A stretch of 63,980 nt of DNA, filler included, from Porpidia crustulata (taxonomy: Eukaryota): the NCBI GenBank assembly GCA_964255105.1. It is 3 parts of 3 records of this genome, joined end to end, with 100 filler letters (N's around TTAATTAATTAA, not from the genome) between each part and the next. Parts side by side here need not be neighbours in the genome. Positions count along the whole stretch, not along the records: positions 44,145 to 63,980 come from CAXUWE010000131.1; 2 more parts are not named here. The stretch is one strand, 5' to 3'. Both the position numbers and the translations under genes were made by a program. Below, one piece after another: positions 50,768 to 61,500 of the stretch. The notes under the pieces were generated by a model. That model searched no databases, was not told the DNA's origin, and saw nothing but the letters and a program-made list of their open reading frames with translations. Numbering within the stretch: position 1 is the stretch's first letter; each line of letters begins with the position of its first letter.

Positions 50768-51880
50768 TTACGTCAAGTTCGTCGAGACTTCCCCGAGGCC
50801 TCTCATCTGCCAGAATTTTGTAAACACTACGTCATGTGGGGTATGCGCTAAGCTATGTGGCGAGTGTGGCGAACGCCACACCCAGACAGGGTTGTTTGCG
50901 TTTACCGAGTCCACTTTGTCGGGTAGACTTCTGCATGTGAACTCCTCTTCTAGCATTGCGTTCATTCTCTTGATTTTTGGATCAGATAATATGTATATGA
51001 TCTGATAAATTCGCTGAAGACAACAGCAGATACGAAATATGTAGACAACGAAATCGACAAATTCCAACGATCAAGAAAACCGAGTGTCAAGTGCCAACGC
51101 TCTTCGTACATCCTTTCAGCATTGAAAAGCCCAGTCATATCTACCACCTCTGTGGTTGAATTTGGAGAGGGCTCGGTGGATGCTTTAACGCTGAAGCCAT
51201 GAGTGAGGTTGTCCCCGAATGAATGATCTCCAAAAGGGCTGCCTGCCGGGAAGTCGTTCGTACCAGCAGGCTTTGATTGTGAAGTAAGGCCAAAGTTGGA
51301 GAGAGGACTCTAAGGAGATATGGTCGGAGACAAAGTTTTCTTCTTTTCCGCCGATAATTAGCTTGTTGACATTGATCTGCCACCTCTTGAAATTCTTTAG
51401 GCGTGAAGGGACCAGGTCGTAGATCAGCCGCAGTTGCAGCCACCAACATCTCTCGTTCTTCTCCTTATCCGAAAGCCCCTTGCCGAAGAACATACCATCA
51501 GCTGAACCCTCATTGGTAGCCTTCACCGCGAACAAATAGTATGCGTAGTGATCAATTATTCTCAAATCCTTTTTGTCGACTCGATACCTCCCATATCTCG
51601 CCAGTCCGGCTTTTTCCCCATGTATCAAGGCATTTTCGACCTCTCCGAAGTTGGGACCACGTTTACGCTGTGTTCCCAATGATGCTGCCTCTTATTCTGG
51701 TAAGATGACGACTTCAATTGATTCCGTAAAGAATGGTGCAAAATTCTCCCTTCGGAGGAATTTTCCTCGCTCCGCCAGGGGATCGAACCCAAGATGGAAT
51801 CAACACGCATTCCAATCCTTTCAAATTCTTCGGTTTGGGGATAATCTCGTCATAGCGGTATCTGTAGTGTGGATAGGTAA
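50768..51880 (-). pseudogene. Possible decayed orphan coding sequence
   Basis: 164-aa protein-like fragment (51679-51185) flanked by stop-interrupted protein-like segments; no recognisable motif. Confidence 0.35.
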
Positions 51881-52168
51881 ATGAGGTTAAGTAGCTCGTA
51901 GTTTGACGAAGCCTTGGTCAGCACGTTAATTATCAGTGATACTATGCTGACGACGCAGCAATTACTGACGGAGTCAATTGTGCCAACGTAGAGGGTAAAG
52001 CAAAAGCGGAAGTGAGGTGAACATAATTAAGGCGAGGTGTAACTGCTTGTTACGCTTTATTCATAGCGAACGAAAGACGCCTATTAGAAGCTTCGTGGAT
52101 TAAGATCTAGAAACGAAGTATAGTAGATAAGATTGCTACGGAGGAGATAATGAAGTCATTGCTTCATT

Positions 52169-53350
52169 CAGTACTTCATCCAATGTTCCATTTAGTGCTT
52201 TCAGTACTTCATTCAGTGCTCCATTCAGTGCTCCATTTAATACATCCAGTACTTCATCAAGTGCTCCATCCAATGCTCCATTCAGTGCTTCATCCAGTGT
52301 TAAGTAAGGCGTTCTCTTCAGCGCTTTCTTCAGCGCTGATCAAAGCGCTGGATGGAGCGCTGGATGGAGCGTTGGATGAAACACTAAATGAAGCACTGAG
52401 AGCATTGAATGAAGCTCTGGATGAAGCACTGAATGGAAGCACTGGATGGAACACTGGATGGAGAACTGGGTAGAGCACTGGATGAAACATTGAGTGAACC
52501 ATTGGATAGAGCACTCGATGAAGCACTGGAAGCACTAGATGGAACATTGGACGGAGCATTGAATGGAGCACTAGATGAAGCACTGGAAGTACTAAATTGA
52601 AAATTGGAAAGAGCATTGAGCGGAACATTGAATGACGTACGGAATGAAGCATTGAATGAAGCACTGGAAACATCAAATGGAACATTGGATGAAGTACTGA
52701 ATAACACACTGAAAGCATTAAACGGAACATTGAACGAAGCAATGAACGCAGCATTGAATGAAGAATCAAATGGAAAATTGAACGGAGTATTGAATGAAGC
52801 ACTAGATGGAGCACTGGGAGCACTAAGTAGAGCATTGAATAAAGCACTAAATGAGGCACTGAGTCGAGCACTGAAAGCACTGAATGGAACATTGAATAAA
52901 GCATGGAATGAAACATTGAATGAACCGTTGAATAGAGCTTTGAATGGATCATTAACTGGAGCACTGGATTGAAAGCATTGAATGAAGCATTGCATGAAGC
53001 GCTGGATGAAGGACTGGAAGCACTAAATGATAGCACTGAAAGCACCAAATGGAACATTGAATGAAGTATTGAATAACACACTGAAAGCATTGAATAAAAC
53101 ACTGGGTGGAACATTGAATGAAGCACCGAGAGCACTAAATAAAACATTGGATCAAGCATTGAATTAGACACTGAAAGGACTAAATGAAGCACTGAGTGGA
53201 GCATTCAATAAAGCACTGAATGAAGCATTGAATGTAGCATCGGGAGCACTAAATGGAACATTGGATGGAGTATTGGATGCAACATTGAGTGGAGTATTTT
53301 GTAGAGTAGAGCATTGGATCGAGCATCGAGAACATTGAACAGAGCATTAC
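52169..53350. repeat. Degenerate 12-bp minisatellite (GAAGCAYTGRAT) with an inverted left arm
   Basis: About 52340-53350 repeats GAAGCATTGAAT/GGAACATTGAAT/GGAGCACTAGAT; about 52169-52300 repeats the reverse complement (TTCATTCAGTGC/TCCATCCAATGC). Confidence 0.9.
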
Positions 53351-53709
53351 TATAAACTTTAGAAGCTCAATTTGTGATTTTGCATAGATTTCGACATATG
53401 GTTGGTGGGTGGTTTGTGTTGATGAGTCAGGGGACAGAACTAAGCTTTGCCAAGGAAGATCCCCTGCAAGGAACAGCTACGACAGCGGAAAGACCCCATT
53501 GGCTGGATTTCAGCTATTGTCCCTAATGGGGTGGATGGAGAACTAGAATAGCGGGGTGACGGAAGTGTGCAAAAGTAGTTCTTGTCGTTTCTGATCCTTT
53601 AATGTTCTAAACCTCTGGTCCCCCAACTTCTCTTCTCAAGTAAGACACTTTAGTAAACTTTGGATACTGCTTTCCACCCTACTAGACTATCTAAAATATC
53701 CAATCCACC

Positions 53710-54085
53710 ATGGTCCATCTCGCCAGCGTTCCCAATGACAATGACATCAACTCCACCCTAGTCGATGGATTAGAAAATGTCAAATTCAGTCAGCCTGATG
53801 AGGACGAAGTCACTGCTTCGGTGTACGGCTCTCGATTCGCCGCAGAGACACTTCCTCTACATGAAATGCCGGAGAAGGAAATGCCCAGAGAAGTAGCTTA
53901 TCGGATGATCAAGGACGATTTAACGCTCGACGGTAACCCAATGCTGAATTTGGCGAGTTTCGTGACAACATACATGGTTTGTACATGTCGTTTGTGTACA
54001 TTCGAGAGCTTGATTGACTTTTGCGTAGGAAGAAGAGATCGAAAAGCTCATGGCCGAAGCTCTGCCTAAAAATTTTATCGATTAT

Positions 54086-54124
<39 letters not shown>

Positions 54125-55528
54125 TACGTTCCCTATTAGAAGAATATCCCCAGACTGCGGATATTCAGAACCGTTGTGTGTCCATGATTGCCCGCATGTT
54201 CAATGCCCCTACTCACGATGACGAGGATAATGCAATGGGAACTTCGACAGTTGGAAGCTCCGAAGCCATCATGCTCGGGACCCTCGCGATGAAGAAACGT
54301 TGGCAAAACCAGCGCAAGGCAGCTGGTAAAGACTACTCAAAGCCGAACATCATCATGAACTCCGCCGTTCAGGTGTGCTGGGAGAAAGCTGCTAGATATT
54401 TTGAAATTGAGGAGAGGTATGTTTACTGCACGGAGGACCGGTACGTGATCGACCCGGAGGAGGCTGTCAAATTGGTGGATGAGAATACCATCGGTATATG
54501 TGCTATCATTGGAACTACATACACTGGGGAGTACGAGGACGTCAAGGCGATCAATGACTTGTTAGTCAAGAGGAAAATCGAATGTCCAATTCATGTCGAT
54601 GCAGCCAGCGGGGGATTCGTTGCACCGTTTGTTGTGCCCAATCTAGAATGGGATTTCCGTTTGGAGAAAGTCATTTCTATCAATGTGTCAGGCCACAAGT
54701 ACGGTTTAGTCAGTCTTTCAAATTCCTAAAGAGATTCAATCACAGGGCTAACGCGGCTATCCAGGTCTATCCTGGTGTCGGTTGGATCTTATGGCGTTCA
54801 CCCGAGTTCCTGCCCAAAGAGCTTGTTTTCAATATCAACTATCTCGGAGCTGATCAAGCCTCCTTCACACTCAATTTCTCGAAAGGTGCTTCGCAAGTCA
54901 TCGGTCAATACTACCAGATGATTCGTCTCGGGAAGCACGGATATCGATCTATTATGATGAATCTAACCCGCACATCTGACTATTTAGCAAAGTCTCTTGA
55001 GCAATTAGGCTTCCTGATTATGAGTAAGACTGGGGGTAAAGGCCTGCCGCTGGTTGCATTCCGTCTGGATCCCAAGAAGAAGGCGCACTATGACGAGTTT
55101 GCTATTGCTCATCAATTGAGAGAGCGGCAATGGATCGTGCCGGCTTACACGATGGCGCCGCACAGCGAGAAGCTGAAGTTGATGAGGGTGGTTATCCGGG
55201 AGGACTTCTCTCGGGCGAGGTGTGATACTTTAATCGCGGATATCAAGCTTGCGCTCCAGACGCTCGATGGAATGGACAAGAAGAAAGTTGAAGAACACAC
55301 CAAGTACGTACCACGACTGGGCCGACTTTCGATGCAAAAATTTGGGGCGCTAATCGGCATACAGGCATGTGCACAAGCACACAGCGGCAGGGAAGTCGAA
55401 GCATAACCATCCCCACTACAAAGACGAGAAACATTCGTTGCAAGGCAAGACCGGCAAGGCGAGTACACTTTTCTTCGATCTTTGTAGAACCTAGCTGATC
55501 TAGTCTGTAGACTCACGCCGTCTGCTAG
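53710..55528 (+). CDS. GAD1: Glutamate decarboxylase (PLP-dependent), multi-exon
   Basis: [41 protein letters not shown] (PLP lysine), [11 protein letters not shown]-terminus GKTGK/THAVC* reached through a GC-AG intron. Confidence 0.95.
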
Positions 55529-56585
55529 AATGTATTATCTGTATGCACCCTCGAGGCATGGTCGAAGCTATTTTCAGTGGCCTCGCTAGCTGTAACGTCC
55601 TCATGAAGATTATGAAGGAATATGAATAGGAACAGACATTATACACCTCCACCTAGAGATGAATACACGATGGCAGCTAGCAAAAAGCGTTTGACCTTGC
55701 GTCGAGGCGCATCTCGGAACGTCCGAGAGTTTATACCCGCACTTTCTTTGATAATGTTATCAACTGGATCATCTAACTCACCTTGTCATCACGTAGTTAT
55801 ATGGAACGTCGGACTATCAGTGTAGAATTGAATCAACACACCCGTCAGATTACGTTGACTCGAACGCTGCAATATTCGCTCGTCGATCCAACTTCTACAT
55901 TTACTCTGCACGACAAATCCTGTATTCAATTCAAAACCTACATTGGTATTTACTCCAGAACACCTCACCTTCTTCCCCCATTCCTCTCCCGGTCCTCTAA
56001 CAGCCTCGATCTCTACCTCAACCCTAACCCCAACCCCGATCTCACGACCCCAGTAAGTTTCAAGCTGGATGTAGCCTACCCAAATTTTGCATCACGAGGT
56101 CAATTTCCATCCAATTGGAATTGTTGTACGATGGTTGTGGGCTGTGTCATTAGTGTGGCGTGGTGTAAGGCGGGGAGTATTTCGCTGGATATCAGTGGGC
56201 CGACGTGGCGCTCAATGGGTTTGCGGGATTTGGTGGATTGGCTGCTGCCTGGAGGGGGACGCGAGGTTGGTGATGTGGCAGAATGGGAAGGTTTGAGATG
56301 TAGCTTGGAGGTGAGAAGGAGTAATACTGGAAGAAGGGATTATCTTGAATTAATTTTTGATTGAGAGATATATACAAGACAAAAGCTGTTGAAAATTCCA
56401 CGCGAGCATCGACGTCACAGGGACAACGCGATCTGAAGCTAGCGAAACTCGCTTCCAAGTTCTCGATTTATCTACTCATCCGCCCTGCGCTGCAGGAAGG
56501 CCCTGCGTCTACGAGCCTTCCATTTTTTTATTTATACTGCCGGATCCCCCACCATCAAGGTGTGAAAAACCCCTTTACGCCCGCC

Positions 56586-57570
56586 ATGGACACCTTCACC
56601 AATGCCACCAAAATGGTTCAACCTCCCCATCCTTTCTACCCGCTTGAGGCGAATATCGTCGGGTACCTGGCAAACCAGTACTCGACCATAACTCTGCTGA
56701 GCATCTTTGCGGCTGGATGTGTGGTCATTCTCGGGGCAACGCATGTTTTGGCTGGGAGGTTAAATCCAAGACTGCCGAGCGGGGAGAAATGGGCGATTCT
56801 GTGGTTCATACTGTGTGAGTTGTGTCCTCAATATAGGCAAAACGATGGAGGTTGATGGATTGCCCCAATGATAGCCGGGACTATACACTTTTTCTTTGAG
56901 GGTAGGGCTTTGGTATACTTGATGCAGTGTAAGGTCGCGATTGACGAGGCTTTTTAGGATATTTCGCATACAACCACATGCACATGCCCAGCCGAGTGGA
57001 TTTGTTCGGGCAGTGGTGGAAGGAGTACGCATTGTCAGATTCGAGATACCTGACTTCAGATCCCTTTGTGCTATGCATGGAGACCGTCACTGCCGTAAGC
57101 TCCCCTCATCTATGTCCTAAAATTCTTGAGTAAAATTGATCTAAGGTCTCTTTTCCCTATAGGTCTGCTGGGGACCCATGTGCTACCTTATTGCTCTCAT
57201 GATCACCTTCGAGCATCCTCTCCGTCATTCCTTCCAAGCCATGGTCTCGCTCGGCCAGATTTATGGCGATATATTATACTACGCCACCAGCTTGTTCGAC
57301 CACTATTATACTGGTAGATTATTTTGGCGACCTGAGTCGTATTACTTTTGGGGGTATTATTTCTTTTTGAATTTCATTTGGATCGTTATTCCGGGATGTA
57401 AGTCTCCGCAATGGGCCTTCCAGTGATGTATTGTATTCTTAGAAGAGTCGCTAACGGGAGCTCCAGTCCTTCTATACCAAAGCTTCGAGGCGAGTCAGAA
57501 GGCTTTCAAGGCATTAGCGAGGGAGACGAAAAGCCACCAGAAGAATGGGCGGGCGAAGAAAGCACTTTGA
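56586..57570 (+). CDS. Emopamil-binding protein family (sterol delta8-delta7 isomerase-like); 5 exons
   Basis: HPFYP...LWFILS/GTIHFFFEG/YF...GQWWKEYALSDSRYL...CMETVTA...QIYGDILYY...NFIWIVIPG; C-terminal KKAL fits a KKxx ER-retrieval signal. Confidence 0.88.
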
Positions 57571-58599
57571 AGGAGAGTAAGGGTGGCCCGTTTGTGATCG
57601 ATGCGACTACAGATCTTGGATCCTTGGAAGACTGTTACTAGGAGGGCTGTCATTTTGGATATGTGCATACGCGACAGGATACAGGTGAACCATATCGCCG
57701 TATCGACTATATGGCCCAGAGGTGGATATTACAAAGTACGATGGAGTTTGTACATGATACACATATCTGGTCGTTAATATGATGAAATTGACCAACTCGT
57801 TTAACAGACCGTTTGATTGCCATCAATGTCACGTCCTGCTTGTCTCTTATCGTTCTACATCGAAGAGACGTCATACATTGCACATGTCTACTGCCTCAAC
57901 ATCCACTCTTACATTTCAGAGACGCCTAGCCAAAGGCGTCCATCTTGCAGCTTCACAATGTCGAGATGGAAGAGTCGCAGAACGGGGGAAGTGAATCGTA
58001 GGAAAGAATATGTTTTCAAGCCGGGCATGTACTTTACGACCATATTCGGCAGTTGAAACCGAGGGGATTGACCAAATTTCTAAATAAGATTCTCAAGCAA
58101 GTGGTGGCACTGCTTCGTTGACCGTATGATAGTCTAATTCAGATACCAGGCATATGTTCGATTTGGAGTTTTCCTTGGAACATATAACCTCAGATTGCTC
58201 TGTTTACTTTATTTGCCTAACTGATCTTCAAAACTAACTGCGCCACAATCTGCACGTTTGCGCCCATTGGACCGTTGCTAGGTGAACTGGCGGTTCTGGG
58301 CCTAATCTATTTACAGCTACTCGATACAACAAATTCAAGATATCGGCCGCCAGCATTACTGAGACCGGGTGCTTTGCGGTTTACGGTAGGCTACGATTGA
58401 GTAATTCATGATCATCTCCATCTGTAATATGTTAGAAATTAGACTGTACTGGAGGCAGAATATTTGAAGCTTGCCAAAGGTACGTAAACAACACGCGTCT
58501 GCCCTTCTCAATCTCCGGCTGCCGAGTCATTCGCTCGCAGCTTCGCGGATCCCTAAGATGGCGTGTTAGAGCTCTTTATCTAACATGTACTAGAATTCA

Positions 58600-61500
58600 A
58601 TGCCCTCTCCCTCGACCCCAACCTGCACTCCCAAACGCCTTGATGACAGGATTACACCCTCGAAGTCGAAAACTCTCGTTGTTGGAGAACCATTGGGTGT
58701 CTACGACACCAATTCAGTTCGCGATCGCGTCCGACATTGGCAAGCACAAGGAGGCGGCGTCATTACCGAGTCAGACGTTTGTGCGCCCGACAATAATGAC
58801 GAGCCAGCTGCATGCGCAAAGACAACCCCGGTGAAAGAAACCGCGAAGAAAACACCCAAGAGTAAGGACATCGCACAAGAAAAGCGGGGGACTGAGACAT
58901 CGGGCAAGCGAGATGGTAGGCGAAATACCAAGATTGAGGAAGAGGTGCCTTCCCATAGGAGTATCAGCACTCCAGCGAAGCGTGTAATTAGTGATGGACA
59001 CTGGAGAAGGGACCGAACCCCACGGAAGAGCACCACGTCGTCAAGACCCGCCAAGGACGACGCCCCGAAGACGCCCACATCCAAGTCCAACAACGGTGGC
59101 ATTCGTGTGAAGGTAACACCGCAGAGCAAGAGTGGGACGCGATCCAAGAAAGATAGTGATGCGAGAGTACCGGATAAAGAAAAAATTGGAGGCGACGACG
59201 GTATCAGAGTATTTAGCACTCCGCCTGGTTCACGTCAACCATCTAGCCACGGCTCGAAGCCTCAGAATCTTGACTCCGGAAATGGGCATGACAGAAATAA
59301 TGATCTGGAGGCAGCAAGCTTGAAGAGCGAGTCTCATCTCTCTGATTCTGCGCCGAGAAGAAAACGCCCGACACCGGAGAAGTCGTCCGGAGTGAAGCTG
59401 TCTGCGGCCGGAGATGAGCCGCGTAGAAAGAAATCCCACCATGAGAAAGAAAGATTGCCATCTAATTCGCCGCCATCTGCCCAAGGTGAGTTTTCCGAAG
59501 GGCGTGGAAGCACAAAATCGCACAAAGGCAACATCTTAAGCCACGTTTTTGGATTCGGTAAAACACAGCCTGCTCCGATCATTACTCCTAGAGTACCGAG
59601 TATCGAGGCCTGGCTCAATGAAACCCCAGATCCCTTCGTGGACGCAGATGAGCCTCCGCTCGAAGTGATCGCACCTTTACGGCCGCTTCGCAAGGTTAAG
59701 GAGGCTGTTCCTGAAGAGGTTCATGCTGTTCAAGATCCTAATAAGATCTGGGAAGCCCTCGAACCTAAACCTAGCCCGCGATCGGGTGTGCATGGAAGTA
59801 GGAGACGTCAAAGGATTCCAAGCTCTACGATTTACGAAGACAATCCATTCCCTTCTAATTTCGATTCCGGTCCTGCCCTCGGCGGTTCTCCAAGCGGAGT
59901 TGCATCTGCATCCAAGCTGGTTGACATCGTGAAAGACGCCCCGGAACTTTCACCTTCTATTTCACCATCATCGCTTCGGAGAGGGGGAGCGAAGAGAAGC
60001 CCCACTTCGCCTACTCGTGAGAGACGGAAATCTCGTTCCACCAAGAGGCCCCCGGATGAGGATGAGATGGCCTCGGTTGTGCCTACCATTGATACTGCGT
60101 CTTCAGTGGAAACCCCAGATCCTACGACACCCCTTCGACCTCCTGGACTGAATCTTCGGCGTCCGTTCCCTTCAACGGGGAAACGGCTTTCCACCATTGC
60201 ATCCGTAGAAACCTTCAGCACGAAAATTGGCGCTGCACCGCCCTCGATATCCGAGATGTCAGAGGCTACAATGCAGCCAGAAACAATACCCGAGGATGAC
60301 GGGATCGAGGCGCGAGATCACTTCGACCCAAATTCTCTGCAGCGAAACCGGAGCCGCCTAGCGAAGCATGCTGATCTGATGTCCGTTCTTTCTCTGCCAA
60401 AGGCCGGAAACAAAAGCATTGTGTCTGCCCGCAGCATACGCACTAATCGAAGTCGCCTTGCGACTGCCACAATTGGAGACCTGATGAATGAGCTAGCAAC
60501 TGACGAAGCCAAATACATGCGTGAATTACGCACACTAGTCGACGGTGTCATCCCGGTCTTGCTGACCTGTGTTTTGTCAAAGTCCGACTCATCTATTGCC
60601 GCTGGCCTTTTCAATCCGTCAGCAACCATCGATCACGACCCAAACTTCACCAAACCAATCGTCGACATGGGAATCGCATTAGAAAGGCTCAAGACACTAC
60701 ACAAGCGAGTCCCACTACAAGATGCGAGTGCTTTGTTGACCTGGGCTCAGGGAGCACAAAGAGTCTATGCAGAGTATTTGAAGGCTTGGCGAATGGGATT
60801 CAAAGATGTTGTGGTCAATTTGGCCCCGGCTGCGGAGGGTACAAAAGAATCGAATTCTCAAAGCGGAAAAATAGAGAGTCTTGACCAAGGACTCCCAAGG
60901 AATGAAGATGGGGATGTGGTCAATGGTGACGGGGAGAGAGTGGATGTTGCTTTCCTATTGAAGAGACCATTGGTCAGACTAAAGTACCTGGCCAAGACAC
61001 TCAAAGGTATCAACTTTATCACTCCCTCAGTAGAAGCTGAGAGCCTGTCGACAAAATACCAAAGCCTCGTCGTCGAGGCTAGAAATCGTTCAAATGAAGA
61101 GCAAGCAAGACTTGAAGACGAGGCTGCTTCGAACATAGATCCAATTCGTGTCCGGGACATACGGACTTTGGCCCCTTTGACTGGTGTCAGTATCGACCGG
61201 ACCCGCCGCGTACGGGCCCGAGACCACTTTAACCTTGCACTTCAGCATTCGAGTGGACAACGTATAGATTGTCGTGTCGAACTACTACTACGCGATGAGG
61301 TCTCCAAGACTGAAGGTGGCGGAGATTTACTTATCTGTGAAGTTGACGGTACAGGCCGATGGCTACTATTACCACCGGTGCAGTGCTCTCGGGTTTCGGC
61401 ACGTAATGGTGACTCGAAAGGTGAGATTGTACTTATGATTAGGGGCTTCGCGACCAATGGTCTGGAATGGCGGGAATTGCTTTCTTTGCGGAGCGAAGAT

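Noticed and set aside
52150..53204. ORFs of 107-304 aa in the repeat array; CRISPR-like array
   Set aside because: ORFs arise on both strands from the triplet-multiple repeat; no unique spacers or cas genes, and the host is eukaryotic.
55783..56364. 193-aa ORF, or telomerase RNA template (AACCCTAACCC)
   Set aside because: Non-ATG start and composition-driven sequence; the intergenic space is only about 1 kb and no other telomerase RNA element was recognised.
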